Position numbers and translations under genes: made by a program
The notes under the pieces: model-generated
Told to the model about the DNA's origin: nothing
The model's input: only the letters and a program-made list of their open reading frames with translations
Database searches by the model: none
Shown: positions 53,242-64,000 of the stretch, piece by piece
Position numbering within the stretch: position 1 is the stretch's first letter
Layout: each line of letters starts with the position of its first letter
Source: Escherichia coli
GTDB taxonomy: Bacteria; Pseudomonadota; Gammaproteobacteria; Enterobacterales; Enterobacteriaceae
Assembly: GCF_044647545.1 (NCBI RefSeq)
Contig: NZ_CP172818.1
Length of the DNA stretch: 64,000 bases
Strand: one strand, 5' to 3'

Positions 53242-54476
53242 TACAGGCCTCCGAACAACGCGTTAAACGGTTCTACTTCCACCCATTCGCCCACTTCCAC
53301 ATTGCCGCGATCGCGTTCCAGCACGATAAAGCAGTTGCCGAGGCTAAAGGAGCTAAATATATGTGAACCCTGATGTCCGGTGGTCGTCACTTCCAGTTCG
53401 CCATCGGCGTTGCGTTGCAGCACGCCGCGCTGGAAATCAAGGCGTCCTGGCGATTTCTTCAGAGGCGATGCCGTGCGCACACGCTGGCGCGCGGGCAGGC
53501 CGCTGGCGGTATTGCCGCTTAGTTTTGCCAGCAAAGGCTGTACCAGTTGATAGAAGGTCAGCGTTGCTGAAACCGGGTTGCCCGGCAGGCCGCAGAACCA
53601 GCTATTGCTGAGTTTACCGAACGCGAACGGTTTACCTGGTTTAATCGCCAGCTTCCAGAAGGCGATCTCCCCCAGCTCTTCAAGAATGGTTTTGGTGTAA
53701 TCCGCTTCACCCACTGAAACACCGCCGGAACTGATCACCACATCCGCCTGGCTGTCGGCTTCAATAAATGCGGCGCGCAGGGCATGGGGATCGTCGCGGA
53801 TAATCCCTAAGTTGATTACCTCGCATCCCAACTGTTCTAACATCAGGTGTACGGCGAGACGGTTGGTATCGTAGATTTGGCCGTCGCCCAGCGGCTGGCC
53901 TGGCAACTGGAGTTCATCACCGGTAGAAAACAGCGCTACACGCACTTTACGAATCACCGGAACTTCGGCAATCCCCAGTGAAGCAATTACTGGCAGCTCT
54001 GCGGTAGTCAGGCGAGTCCCCGCCGGGAAAACAACCGCACCTGCAGAGATATCTTCACCGCGACGGCGAATATTTTGCCCGCTACGCACTTCAGCAGTAA
54101 AACGCACGCCATTGTCCGTTTGTTCAGTCTGCTCCTGCATCACCACCGCTTCGCAGCCTTCCGGCACCGGCGCACCGGTCATAATACGAATGCAGGTACC
54201 CGCAGGCCATTCACCATGGTACGGCTGACCGGCAAAGGATTTACCGGCAACGGGCAGCGGTTGCCCGGAGGCAATATCGGCTAAACGCACCGCGTAGCCG
54301 TCCATAGCGGAGTTATCAAACCCCGGGACATCCAGTGGCGAAACGACATCGCTCGCCAGAATACGACCAAAACACTGAACCAGTGGCAGCGTTTCCTGGG
54401 CGGTCAGTGGGGTAACGCGAGAAAGCATCTCATTAAGCGCGGTGTCGAGCGACATCAATCCGGTGGTAAATTCCAT
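53241..54476 (-). CDS. moeA: Molybdopterin molybdenumtransferase
   Basis: 411 aa ORF; stop/start overlap with moeB. Confidence 0.95.
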   Translation of the reverse strand: MEFTTGLMSLDTALNEMLSRVTPLTAQETLPLVQCFGRILASDVVSPLDVPGFDNSAMDGYAVRLADIASGQPLPVAGKSFAGQPYHGEWPAGTCIRIMTGAPVPEGCEAVVMQEQTEQTDNGVRFTAEVRSGQNIRRRGEDISAGAVVFPAGTRLTTAELPVIASLGIAEVPVIRKVRVALFSTGDELQLPGQPLGDGQIYDTNRLAVHLMLEQLGCEVINLGIIRDDPHALRAAFIEADSQADVVISSGGVSVGEADYTKTILEELGEIAFWKLAIKPGKPFAFGKLSNSWFCGLPGNPVSATLTFYQLVQPLLAKLSGNTASGLPARQRVRTASPLKKSPGRLDFQRGVLQRNADGELEVTTTGHQGSHIFSSFSLGNCFIVLERDRGNVEVGEWVEVEPFNALFGGL

Positions 54477-54679
54477 GAAAACACTCCTGCGGAGGCAAAA
54501 TCGAATTTGCCTATTATGTCAGAAAAACGCCACAGACTGTATGCCACCTCGGGCGTAGCGTTGGCTCCTGCCTTTACATGCCATATCCATCTTTCTATAT
54601 TCAAAAATTGAATGAGTAATTCATAAAAATTCTGATATTTATAGCAAAAGTGGCGAGCCACCCTTAATGGACGAATACT

Positions 54680-55645
54680 ATGGGCAAAGCAGTCATTGCA
54701 ATTCATGGTGGCGCAGGTGCAATTAGCCGCGCGCAGATGAGTCTGCAACAGGAATTACGCTACATCGAGGCGCTGTCTGCCATTGTTGAAACCGGGCAGA
54801 AAATGCTGGAAGCGGGCGAAAGTGCGCTGAATGTGGTGACGGAAGCGGTGCGTCTGCTGGAAGAGTGTCCACTGTTTAACGCCGGAATTGGCGCTGTCTT
54901 TACGCGTGATGAAACCCATGAACTGGACGCCTGTGTGATGGATGGTAACACCCTGAAAGCCGGTGCGGTGGCGGGCGTTAGTCATCTGCGTAATCCGGTT
55001 CTTGCCGCCCGACTGGTGATGGAGCAAAGCCCGCATGTGATGATGATTGGCGAAGGGGCAGAAAATTTTGCGTTTGCTCATGGCATGGAGCGCGTCTCAC
55101 CGGAGATTTTCTCCACGCCTTTGCGTTATGAACAACTACTGGCAGCGCGCGAGGAAGGGGCAACAGTCCTCGACCATAGCGGTGCGCCACTGGATGAAAA
55201 ACAGAAAATGGGCACCGTGGGGGCCGTGGCGTTGGATTTAGACGGCAATCTGGCGGCAGCCACGTCCACGGGCGGAATGACCAATAAATTACCCGGACGA
55301 GTTGGCGATAGTCCCTTAGTGGGTGCCGGATGCTACGCCAATAACGCCAGTGTGGCAGTTTCTTGTACCGGCACGGGCGAAGTCTTCATCCGCGCGCTGG
55401 CGGCATATGACATCGCCGCGTTAATGGATTACGGCGGATTAAGTCTCGCGGAAGCCTGCGAGCGGGTAGTAATGGAAAAACTCCCTGCGCTTGGCGGTAG
55501 CGGTGGCTTAATCGCTATCGACCATGAAGGGAATGTCGCGCTACCGTTTAACACCGAAGGAATGTATCGCGCCTGGGGCTACGCAGGCGATACGCCAACC
55601 ACCGGTATCTACCGTGAAAAAGGGGACACCGTTGCCACACAGTGA
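54680..55645 (+). CDS. iaaA: Isoaspartyl dipeptidase / L-asparaginase (Ntn-hydrolase)
   Basis: 321 aa ORF. Confidence 0.9.
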   Translation: MGKAVIAIHGGAGAISRAQMSLQQELRYIEALSAIVETGQKMLEAGESALNVVTEAVRLLEECPLFNAGIGAVFTRDETHELDACVMDGNTLKAGAVAGVSHLRNPVLAARLVMEQSPHVMMIGEGAENFAFAHGMERVSPEIFSTPLRYEQLLAAREEGATVLDHSGAPLDEKQKMGTVGAVALDLDGNLAAATSTGGMTNKLPGRVGDSPLVGAGCYANNASVAVSCTGTGEVFIRALAAYDIAALMDYGGLSLAEACERVVMEKLPALGGSGGLIAIDHEGNVALPFNTEGMYRAWGYAGDTPTTGIYREKGDTVATQ

Positions 55646-57503
55646 TGAACTTGATGCCGGTGATGTGCTGGCGGTTGAAAATCTGAATATTGCCTTTATG
55701 CAGGACCAGCAGAAAATAGCTGCGGTCCGCAATCTCTCTTTTAGCCTGCAACGCGGTGAGACGCTGGCAATTGTTGGCGAATCCGGCTCCGGTAAGTCAG
55801 TGACTGCGCTGGCATTGATGCGTCTGTTGGAACAGGCGGGCGGTTTAGTACAGTGCGATAAAATGCTGTTGCGGCGGCGCAGTCGCGAAGTGATTGAACT
55901 TAGCGAGCAGAGCGCTGCACAAATGCGCCATGTGCGCGGTGCGGATATGGCGATGATATTTCAGGAACCGATGACATCGCTGAACCCGGTATTTACTGTG
56001 GGTGAACAGATTGCCGAATCAATTCGTCTGCATCAGAACGCCAGTCGTGAAGAAGCGATGGTCGAGGCGAAGCGGATGCTGGATCAGGTACGCATTCCGG
56101 AGGCACAAACCATTCTTTCACGTTATCCGCATCAACTCTCTGGCGGGATGCGCCAGCGAGTGATGATTGCGATGGCGCTGTCATGCCGCCCGGCGGTGCT
56201 GATTGCCGATGAGCCAACCACCGCGCTGGATGTCACTATTCAGGCGCAGATCCTGCAATTAATCAAAGTATTGCAAAAAGAGATGTCGATGGGCGTTATC
56301 TTTATCACTCACGATATGGGCGTGGTGGCAGAGATTGCCGATCGGGTACTGGTGATGTATCAGGGCGAGGCGGTGGAAACGGGTAGCGTCGAACAGATTT
56401 TTCATGCACCGCAACATCCTTACACCCGTGCGCTGTTAGCTGCTGTTCCGCAACTTGGTGCGATGAAAGGGTTAGATTATCCCCGACGTTTCCCATTGAT
56501 ATCGCTTGAACATCCAGCGAAACAGGAACCACCCATCGAGCAGAAAACGGTGGTGGATGGCGAACCTGTTTTACGGGTGCGTAATCTGGTCACCCGTTTC
56601 CCTTTGCGCAGCGGTTTGTTGAATCGCGTAACGCGGGAAGTGCATGCCGTTGAGAAAGTCAGTTTTGATCTCTGGCCTGGCGAAACGCTATCGCTGGTGG
56701 GCGAGTCTGGCAGCGGTAAATCCACTACCGGGCGGGCGTTGCTGCGCCTGGTCGAATCGCAGGGCGGCGAAATTATCTTTAACGGTCAGCGAATCGATAC
56801 CTTGTCATCCGGTAAACTTCAGGCATTGCGCCGCGATATTCAGTTTATTTTTCAGGACCCTTACGCTTCGCTGGACCCACGTCAGACCATCGGTGATTCG
56901 ATTATCGAACCGCTGCGCGTACACGGTTTATTGCCAGGTAAAGAAGCGGCTGCACGCGTTGCGTGGTTGCTGGAGCGCGTGGGCCTGTTACCGGAACATG
57001 CCTGGCGTTACCCGCATGAGTTTTCCGGCGGTCAGCGCCAGCGCATCTGCATTGCTCGCGCGTTGGCATTGAATCCAAAAGTGATCATTGCCGACGAAGC
57101 CGTCTCGGCGCTGGATGTATCTATTCGCGGGCAGATTATCAACTTGTTGCTCGATCTCCAGCGTGATTTCGGCATTGCGTATCTGTTTATCTCCCACGAT
57201 ATGGCCGTGGTAGAGCGGATTAGTCATCGTGTGGCGGTGATGTATCTCGGACAAATTGTTGAAATTGGTCCACGGCGCGCGGTCTTTGAAAATCCGCAGC
57301 ATCCTTATACGCGTAAATTACTGGCGGCAGTTCCGGTCGCTGAACCGTCCCGACAACGACCGCAGCGTGTACTGCTGTCGGACGATCTTCCCAGCAATAT
57401 TCATCTGCGTGGTGAAGAGGTTGTAGCCGTCTCGTTGCAATGCGTCGGGCCGGGGCATTACGTCGCACAACCACAATCAGAATACGCATTCATGCGTAGA
57501 TAA
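55632..57503 (+). CDS. gsiA: Glutathione import ATP-binding protein (two fused nucleotide-binding domains)
   Basis: 623 aa from TTG at 55632 ([11 protein letters not shown]...); Walker A GESGSGKS twice; overlaps the iaaA 3' end by 14 nt. Confidence 0.85.
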   Translation: MPHSDELDAGDVLAVENLNIAFMQDQQKIAAVRNLSFSLQRGETLAIVGESGSGKSVTALALMRLLEQAGGLVQCDKMLLRRRSREVIELSEQSAAQMRHVRGADMAMIFQEPMTSLNPVFTVGEQIAESIRLHQNASREEAMVEAKRMLDQVRIPEAQTILSRYPHQLSGGMRQRVMIAMALSCRPAVLIADEPTTALDVTIQAQILQLIKVLQKEMSMGVIFITHDMGVVAEIADRVLVMYQGEAVETGSVEQIFHAPQHPYTRALLAAVPQLGAMKGLDYPRRFPLISLEHPAKQEPPIEQKTVVDGEPVLRVRNLVTRFPLRSGLLNRVTREVHAVEKVSFDLWPGETLSLVGESGSGKSTTGRALLRLVESQGGEIIFNGQRIDTLSSGKLQALRRDIQFIFQDPYASLDPRQTIGDSIIEPLRVHGLLPGKEAAARVAWLLERVGLLPEHAWRYPHEFSGGQRQRICIARALALNPKVIIADEAVSALDVSIRGQIINLLLDLQRDFGIAYLFISHDMAVVERISHRVAVMYLGQIVEIGPRRAVFENPQHPYTRKLLAAVPVAEPSRQRPQRVLLSDDLPSNIHLRGEEVVAVSLQCVGPGHYVAQPQSEYAFMRR

Positions 57504-57522
57504 CATTCAGGCGGAGAATAAA

Positions 57523-59061
57523 ATGGCAAGAGCTGTACACCGTAGTGGGTTAGTGGCGCTGGGCATTGCGACAGCGTTGATGGCATCTTGTGCATTCGCT
57601 GCCAAAGATGTGGTGGTGGCGGTAGGATCGAACTTCACCACGCTCGATCCATATGACGCGAATGACACGTTATCTCAGGCCGTAGCGAAATCGTTTTACC
57701 AGGGGCTGTTCGGTCTCGATAAAGAGATGAAACTGAAAAACGTGCTGGCGGAGAGTTATACCGTTTCCGATGACGGCCTTACTTACACCGTGAAACTGCG
57801 GGAAGGAATTAAATTCCAGGATGGAACCGACTTCAACGCAGCGGCGGTAAAAGCGAATCTGGACCGGGCCAGCGATCCGGCGAATCATCTTAAACGCTAC
57901 AACCTGTATAAGAATATTGCCAAAACGGAAGCGATCGATCCGACAACGGTAAAGATTACCCTCAAACAGCCGTTCTCAGCGTTTATTAATATTCTTGCCC
58001 ATCCGGCGACCGCGATGATTTCACCGGCAGCGCTGGAAAAATATGGCAAGGAGATTGGTTTTCATCCGGTGGGAACCGGGCCGTATGAACTGGATACCTG
58101 GAATCAGACCGATTTTGTGAAGGTGAAAAAATTCGCGGGTTACTGGCAGCCAGGATTGCCCAAACTGGACAGCATAACCTGGCGTCCGGTGGCGGATAAC
58201 AACACCCGCGCGGCCATGCTGCAAACCGGTGAAGCGCAGTTTGCTTTCCCCATTCCCTACGAGCAGGCCGCACTGCTGGAGAAAAACAAAAATATCGAGT
58301 TGATGGCCAGTCCGTCAATTATGCAGCGTTATATCAGTATGAACGTGACGCAAAAGCCGTTCGATAACCCGAAGGTCCGTGAGGCGCTGAATTACGCCAT
58401 TAACCGCCCGGCGCTGGTGAAAGTGGCCTTCGCGGGTTATGCAACGCCAGCTACTGGTGTGGTACCGCCGAGTATCGCCTACGCGCAAAGTTATAAACCG
58501 TGGCCTTACGATCCGGCGAAAGCGCGCGAATTACTGAAAGAGGCGGGATATCCCAACGGTTTCAGTACCACGCTGTGGTCGTCACATAACCACAGCACTG
58601 CGCAGAAAGTGCTGCAATTTACCCAGCAGCAGTTAGCGCAGGTCGGGATTAAAGCCCAGGTGACTGCGATGGATGCCGGACAGCGGGCGGCAGAAGTTGA
58701 AGGTAAAGGGCAAAAAGAGAGCGGCGTGCGGATGTTCTACACTGGCTGGTCGGCTTCAACCGGCGAAGCAGACTGGGCTCTATCGCCGCTGTTTGCCTCG
58801 CAGAACTGGCCACCGACGCTGTTTAATACCGCGTTTTACAGCAATAAACAGGTGGATGACTTCCTGGCTCAGGCATTGAAAACTAATGATCCGGCGGAAA
58901 AGACCCGTTTATATAAGGCGGCGCAGGATATCATCTGGCAAGAGTCGCCGTGGATCCCGCTGGTGGTAGAAAAACTGGTGTCGGCACACAGTAAAAACCT
59001 GACCGGTTTTTGGATCATGCCAGACACCGGCTTCAGCTTTGAAGACGCGGATTTGCAATAA
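57523..59061 (+). CDS. gsiB: Glutathione-binding periplasmic protein
   Basis: 512 aa with signal peptide. Confidence 0.95.
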   Translation: MARAVHRSGLVALGIATALMASCAFAAKDVVVAVGSNFTTLDPYDANDTLSQAVAKSFYQGLFGLDKEMKLKNVLAESYTVSDDGLTYTVKLREGIKFQDGTDFNAAAVKANLDRASDPANHLKRYNLYKNIAKTEAIDPTTVKITLKQPFSAFINILAHPATAMISPAALEKYGKEIGFHPVGTGPYELDTWNQTDFVKVKKFAGYWQPGLPKLDSITWRPVADNNTRAAMLQTGEAQFAFPIPYEQAALLEKNKNIELMASPSIMQRYISMNVTQKPFDNPKVREALNYAINRPALVKVAFAGYATPATGVVPPSIAYAQSYKPWPYDPAKARELLKEAGYPNGFSTTLWSSHNHSTAQKVLQFTQQQLAQVGIKAQVTAMDAGQRAAEVEGKGQKESGVRMFYTGWSASTGEADWALSPLFASQNWPPTLFNTAFYSNKQVDDFLAQALKTNDPAEKTRLYKAAQDIIWQESPWIPLVVEKLVSAHSKNLTGFWIMPDTGFSFEDADLQ

Positions 59062-59078
59062 GCAACGCAGGGAGTGGA

Positions 59079-59999
59079 ATGCTTAATTACGTTATCAAAC
59101 GCTTGCTGGGGTTGATTCCGACGCTGTTTATCGTCTCGGTGCTGGTGTTTTTATTTGTCCATATGCTGCCCGGCGATCCGGCGCGATTGATTGCCGGGCC
59201 CGAAGCTGATGCGCAGGTTATAGAACTGGTGCGTCAGCAGCTGGGGTTGGATCAGCCGCTGTATCACCAGTTCTGGCACTATATCAGCAATGCTGTGCAG
59301 GGGGATTTTGGCCTGGCGATGGTGTCGCGTCGTCCGGTTGGCGATGAGATTGCCAGCCGCTTTATGCCAACGCTGTGGCTGACCATAACCAGTATGGTCT
59401 GGGCGGTGATATTTGGTATGGCGGCGGGAATTATCGCCGCCGTCTGGCGTAATCGTTGGCCGGATCGATTGAGTATGACCATTGCGGTGTCGGGGATCTC
59501 GTTTCCGGCATTTGCTCTGGGGATGCTTTTAATTCAGGTATTCTCCGTTGAACTGGGCTGGCTGCCTACCGTGGGAGCAGACAGTTGGCAGCACTACATT
59601 TTACCCACCCTGACGCTCGGCGCGGCAGTGGCAGCCGTGATGGCGCGCTTTACCCGCGCGTCGTTTGTCGACGTTTTAAGCGAAGATTATATGCGTACCG
59701 CGAGGGCGAAAGGGGTGAGCGAAACCTGGGTTGTCCTCAAGCACGGGCTACGCAACGCGATGATCCCGGTAGTGACCATGATGGGCTTACAGTTTGGCTT
59801 TTTGCTCGGTGGTTCCATCGTGGTGGAGAAAGTTTTCAACTGGCCCGGACTTGGACGCTTACTCGTTGACTCCGTAGAAATGCGCGATTACCCGGTGATT
59901 CAGGCGGAAATTCTGCTTTTCTCGCTGGAATTTATTCTTATCAACTTAGTGGTGGATGTGCTTTACGCCGCCATTAACCCGGCTATCAGGTACAAGTAA
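59079..59999 (+). CDS. gsiC: Glutathione ABC transporter permease
   Basis: 306 aa ORF. Confidence 0.95.
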   Translation: MLNYVIKRLLGLIPTLFIVSVLVFLFVHMLPGDPARLIAGPEADAQVIELVRQQLGLDQPLYHQFWHYISNAVQGDFGLAMVSRRPVGDEIASRFMPTLWLTITSMVWAVIFGMAAGIIAAVWRNRWPDRLSMTIAVSGISFPAFALGMLLIQVFSVELGWLPTVGADSWQHYILPTLTLGAAVAAVMARFTRASFVDVLSEDYMRTARAKGVSETWVVLKHGLRNAMIPVVTMMGLQFGFLLGGSIVVEKVFNWPGLGRLLVDSVEMRDYPVIQAEILLFSLEFILINLVVDVLYAAINPAIRYK

Positions 60000-60001
60000 G
60001 G

Positions 60002-60913
60002 ATGCGACTATTTAACTGGCGACGTCAGGCGGTGTTAAACGCCATGCCACTGGTCAAACCTGACCAGGTACGTACACCGTGGCATGAATTCTGGCGACGA
60101 TTTCGCCGTCAGCATATGGCGATGACCGCCGCATTGTTCGTTATTTTATTGATTGTGGTGGCCATTTTTGCACGCTGGATTGCTCCCTATGACGCCGAAA
60201 ATTATTTTGATTATGACAATCTGAATAACGGACCTTCTTTGCAGCACTGGTTTGGCGTCGATTCACTGGGGCGTGACATTTTCAGCCGTGTCCTGGTTGG
60301 TGCGCAAATCTCGCTGGCGGCGGGCGTGTTTGCCGTGTTTATCGGTGCGGCGATCGGGACGTTGCTGGGCTTGCTGGCTGGATATTATGAAGGCTGGTGG
60401 GATCGGCTGATCATGCGCATTTGCGATGTGCTGTTTGCCTTCCCGGGTATTTTACTGGCGATCGCTGTTGTTGCGGTGTTGGGAAGCGGCATTGCTAACG
60501 TGATTATCGCAGTCGCCATTTTTTCCATCCCCGCGTTTGCCCGACTGGTGCGCGGCAACACGCTGGTGTTGAAACAGCAAACCTTTATTGAGTCAGCACG
60601 CAGTATTGGTGCCAGCGATATGACCATTTTATTGCGTCATATCCTGCCTGGGACCGTCTCTTCTATCGTGGTGTTTTTCACCATGCGCATTGGTACCTCG
60701 ATTATCTCTGCCGCCAGCCTGTCATTTCTCGGCCTCGGTGCGCAGCCGCCGACACCAGAGTGGGGAGCAATGCTCAATGAGGCACGAGCGGATATGGTTA
60801 TCGCGCCGCATGTCGCTGTTTTTCCGGCCCTGGCTATTTTTCTGACCGTACTGGCGTTCAATTTGTTGGGCGATGGTTTACGCGATGCGCTGGATCCGAA
60901 AATTAAAGGATAG
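60002..60913 (+). CDS. gsiD: Glutathione ABC transporter permease
   Basis: 303 aa ORF. Confidence 0.95.
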   Translation: MRLFNWRRQAVLNAMPLVKPDQVRTPWHEFWRRFRRQHMAMTAALFVILLIVVAIFARWIAPYDAENYFDYDNLNNGPSLQHWFGVDSLGRDIFSRVLVGAQISLAAGVFAVFIGAAIGTLLGLLAGYYEGWWDRLIMRICDVLFAFPGILLAIAVVAVLGSGIANVIIAVAIFSIPAFARLVRGNTLVLKQQTFIESARSIGASDMTILLRHILPGTVSSIVVFFTMRIGTSIISAASLSFLGLGAQPPTPEWGAMLNEARADMVIAPHVAVFPALAIFLTVLAFNLLGDGLRDALDPKIKG

Positions 60914-61089
60914 TTACGTTTGAATATTGCTTGAAAGGGTAATCACCTCACAGGAAATTATTGCCCTAAGCAAGTGTTGTAACTTTCTGCTGATTTTGTA
61001 GAATCGGGTAATTTGGTTAAAAAGCCGCAGCAAGGGACTATTTTGCAGCGGCACAGCGTTCAGACAGTTATTTTGTTAAATGTATTAAC

Positions 61090-63438
61090 ATGCTGAGTTT
61101 ATACGAAAAGATAAAGATAAGGCTGATAATTTTATTTTTATTGGCAGCACTGTCATTTATTGGTCTTTTTTTCATCATTAACTATCAACTGGTATCGGAA
61201 CGCGCGGTAAAACGTGCCGATAGCCGCTTTGAACTTATTCAGAAAAACGTTGGCTATTTCTTTAAAGATATTGAACGTTCGGCCCTGACATTAAAGGACT
61301 CACTGTATTTATTAAAAAATACAGAGGAGATTCAACGCGCCGTAATTCTGAAAATGGAAATGATGCCATTTTTAGACTCGGTGGGACTGGTACTTGATGA
61401 TAATAAATATTATCTCTTTTCGCGGAGGGCGAATGATAAAATCGTTGTTTATCATCAGGAACAAGTAAATGGACCGCTTGTCGACGAGTCAGGGCGGGTT
61501 ATTTTTGCCGATTTTAACCCATCGAAACGACCGTGGTCGGTGGCTTCAGATGACTCTAACAACAGCTGGAATCCGGCATACAATTGCTTTGATCGTCCGG
61601 GTAAAAAATGTATCTCTTTTACGCTACACATCAACGGCAAAGATCACGATTTGTTAGCGGTGGATAAAATTCATGTCGATTTAAACTGGCGATATCTGAA
61701 CGAGTATCTTGATCAAATCAGCGCTAATGATGAAGTTCTATTTTTAAAGCAAGGTCATGAGATCATTGCTAAGAATCAACTCGCTCGTGAAAAATTGATT
61801 ATTTATAATAGCGAAGGTAATTATAATATTATTGATTCTGTCGATACGGAATATATTGAAAAAACATCAGCGGTGCCAAACAACGCATTATTCGAAATCT
61901 ATTTTTATTATCCTGGTGGTAATTTATTGAACGCATCAGATAAACTTTTTTATCTGCCGTTTGCTTTCATTATTATCGTATTGCTGGTGGTTTATTTAAT
62001 GACCACTCGAGTTTTCCGTCGGCAATTTTCTGAAATGACCGAACTGGTTAATACGCTGGCGTTTTTGCCTGACTCTACGGATCAAATCGAGGCCCTGAAG
62101 ATTCGTGAAGGCGATGCGAAAGAGATTATCAGTATCAAAAATTCGATCGCGGAAATGAAAGATGCTGAAATTGAACGGGCAAATAAATTGCTCTCGCTGA
62201 TCTCTTACGATCAGGAAAGCGGTTTTATTAAAAATATGGCGATTATTGAGTCCAACAATAATCAGTATCTGGCTGTGGGGATCATCAAACTGTGTGGTCT
62301 GGAAGCTGTGGAAGCGGTGTTTGGTGTTGATGAACGCAATAAAATCGTCAGGAAATTGTGTCAGCGAATTGCCGAGAAATATGCGCAATGCTGCGATATC
62401 GTGACATTTAATGCCGATCTCTATTTACTCCTGTGCCGGGAAAATGTACAGACGTTTACCCGTAAGATAGCGACGGTAAACGATTTTGACAGCAGTTTTG
62501 GCTACCGCAATCTGCGCATCCATAAGTCTGCTATTTGTGAACCTTTGCAGGGGGAAAACGCCTGGAGTTACGCAGAAAAGCTGAAACTGGCGATTTCCAG
62601 TATCCGCAACCATATGTTCTCAGAGTTTATTTTCTGTGATGATGCGAAACTCAACGAAATAGAAGAGAATATCTGGATTGCGCGTAATATTCGCCATGCA
62701 ATGGAAATTGGCGAACTATTCCTCGTCTATCAACCGATCGTTGATATTAACACCCGCGCCATTCTGGGCGCGGAGGCGTTGTGCCGTTGGGTGTCTGCGG
62801 AGCGGGGGATCATTTCACCGCTAAAGTTCATTACCATTGCTGAAGATATCGGGTTTATCAATGAGCTGGGTTATCAGATTATTAAAACCGCGATGGGTGA
62901 ATTCAGACATTTTAGTCAGCGTGCGGTCCTGAAGGACGGTTTCTTACTGCATATTAATGTTTCGCCCTGGCAGTTAAACGAACCACACTTTCATGAGCGT
63001 TTTACCACCATCATGGAAGAAAATGGCCTGAAGGCGAACAGCCTCTGTGTTGAGATCACTGAAACCGTGATTGAGCGAATTAATGAACATTTTTATCTCA
63101 ATATTGAACAACTGCGTAAACAAGGGGTACGGATATCGATTGATGACTTTGGCACCGGTTTGTCAAACCTGAAACGTTTTTATGAAATTAATCCAGATAG
63201 CATAAAAGTGGACTCACAATTTACCGGCGATATTTTCGGTACTGCGGGAAAAATTGTGCGCATTATTTTCGATCTGGCACGCTATAACCGGATCCCGGTG
63301 ATTGCGGAAGGCGTAGAGAGCGAAGACGTTGCGCGCGAATTAATCAAATTAGGATGTGTTCAGGCTCAGGGGTATCTGTACCAGAAACCCATGCCGTTCT
63401 CCGCCTGGGATAAAAGTGGAAAATTAGTAAAAGAGTAG
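61090..63438 (+). CDS. pdeI: c-di-GMP phosphodiesterase (membrane-anchored, EAL domain)
   Basis: 782 aa (yliE); N-terminal TM segment and periplasmic region; EAL-domain motifs in the C-terminal third. Confidence 0.9.
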   Translation: MLSLYEKIKIRLIILFLLAALSFIGLFFIINYQLVSERAVKRADSRFELIQKNVGYFFKDIERSALTLKDSLYLLKNTEEIQRAVILKMEMMPFLDSVGLVLDDNKYYLFSRRANDKIVVYHQEQVNGPLVDESGRVIFADFNPSKRPWSVASDDSNNSWNPAYNCFDRPGKKCISFTLHINGKDHDLLAVDKIHVDLNWRYLNEYLDQISANDEVLFLKQGHEIIAKNQLAREKLIIYNSEGNYNIIDSVDTEYIEKTSAVPNNALFEIYFYYPGGNLLNASDKLFYLPFAFIIIVLLVVYLMTTRVFRRQFSEMTELVNTLAFLPDSTDQIEALKIREGDAKEIISIKNSIAEMKDAEIERANKLLSLISYDQESGFIKNMAIIESNNNQYLAVGIIKLCGLEAVEAVFGVDERNKIVRKLCQRIAEKYAQCCDIVTFNADLYLLLCRENVQTFTRKIATVNDFDSSFGYRNLRIHKSAICEPLQGENAWSYAEKLKLAISSIRNHMFSEFIFCDDAKLNEIEENIWIARNIRHAMEIGELFLVYQPIVDINTRAILGAEALCRWVSAERGIISPLKFITIAEDIGFINELGYQIIKTAMGEFRHFSQRAVLKDGFLLHINVSPWQLNEPHFHERFTTIMEENGLKANSLCVEITETVIERINEHFYLNIEQLRKQGVRISIDDFGTGLSNLKRFYEINPDSIKVDSQFTGDIFGTAGKIVRIIFDLARYNRIPVIAEGVESEDVARELIKLGCVQAQGYLYQKPMPFSAWDKSGKLVKE

Positions 63439-63445
63439 TTTACGT

Positions 63446-64000
63446 ATGTCCAGAATCAATAAGTTCGTACTTACAGTCAGTCTGCTGATTTTTATCATGA
63501 TTTCAGCAGTTGCCTGCGGGATCTACACTCAAATGGTAAAGGAACGGGTGTATGGCCTGAAACAGTCCGTTATTGATACTGCTTTTGCGGTGGCAAATAT
63601 TGCTGAATATCGGCGTAGTGTGGCAATTGATCTGATCAACACGCTAAATCCTACGGAGGAACAGCTGTTGGTTGGCTTACGCACAGCTTACGCCGACTCG
63701 CTTTCACCCTCTTATTTGTACGATGTCGGTCCTTATCTGATTTCCAGTGACGAATGTATTCAGGTAAAGGAGTTCGAGAAAAATTATTGTGCAGATATTA
63801 TGCAGGTTGTGAAGTATCGACATGTCAAAAATACAGGGTTTATCTCTTTTGATGGTAAAACCTTCGTCTATTACCTCTATCCGGTAACTCACAATCGTAG
63901 TCTGATATTTTTGCTTGGTCTGGAACGTTTTTCTTTACTGTCAAAATCGCTGGCGATGGATAGCGAGAACCTGATGTTCTCCCTGTTTAAGAACGGTAAA
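63446..64000 (+). CDS. dgcI: Diguanylate cyclase DgcI, N-terminal part (3' end lies outside the window)
   Basis: ATG at 63446, open frame to window end ([23 protein letters not shown]...); not in the ORF track because no stop is reached. Confidence 0.8.
   Translation, partial: MSRINKFVLTVSLLIFIMISAVACGIYTQMVKERVYGLKQSVIDTAFAVANIAEYRRSVAIDLINTLNPTEEQLLVGLRTAYADSLSPSYLYDVGPYLISSDECIQVKEFEKNYCADIMQVVKYRHVKNTGFISFDGKTFVYYLYPVTHNRSLIFLLGLERFSLLSKSLAMDSENLMFSLFKNGK

Overview
This window reads as a conserved Escherichia coli chromosomal segment, running from the 3' end of uvrB through ybhK, moaABCDE, ybhLMN-clsB-ybhP, ybhQ, the ybhGFSR efflux operon with cecR, rhlE, ybiA, dinG, ybiB, hcxB, ybiJ, ybiI-ybiX-fiu, mcbA, rlmF, ybiO, glnHPQ, dps, rhtA, ompX, opgE, mntS, mntR, ybiR, ldtB, ybiT, ybiUVWY, fsaA, moeBA, iaaA-gsiABCD and pdeI, into the start of dgcI. 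Gene identities were assigned by recognising the translated ORFs; no database search was run, so all names rest on recall and ORF lengths. Almost every gene is intact and the expected length. Two places are not. (1) Between ybiT and ybiU (about 42.55-45.83 kb) there is roughly 3.3 kb with no intact ORF; its fragments translate as a decayed three-gene sugar-utilisation module: a truncated GH31-type glycosidase, an ExuT-like transporter broken by frameshifts, and a divergent LacI-family regulator broken by frameshifts. (2) dps carries a 1-nt deletion in a poly-A run, splitting the reading frame at codon 26/27. I did not find evidence of an intact undescribed system, and saw no CRISPR array, IS element, prophage or toxin-antitoxin-like pair. 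The most interesting hypothesis is that the poorly characterised ybiU-ybiV-ybiW-ybiY cluster, which sits directly beside the decayed module, is the surviving part of an ancestral catabolic island.
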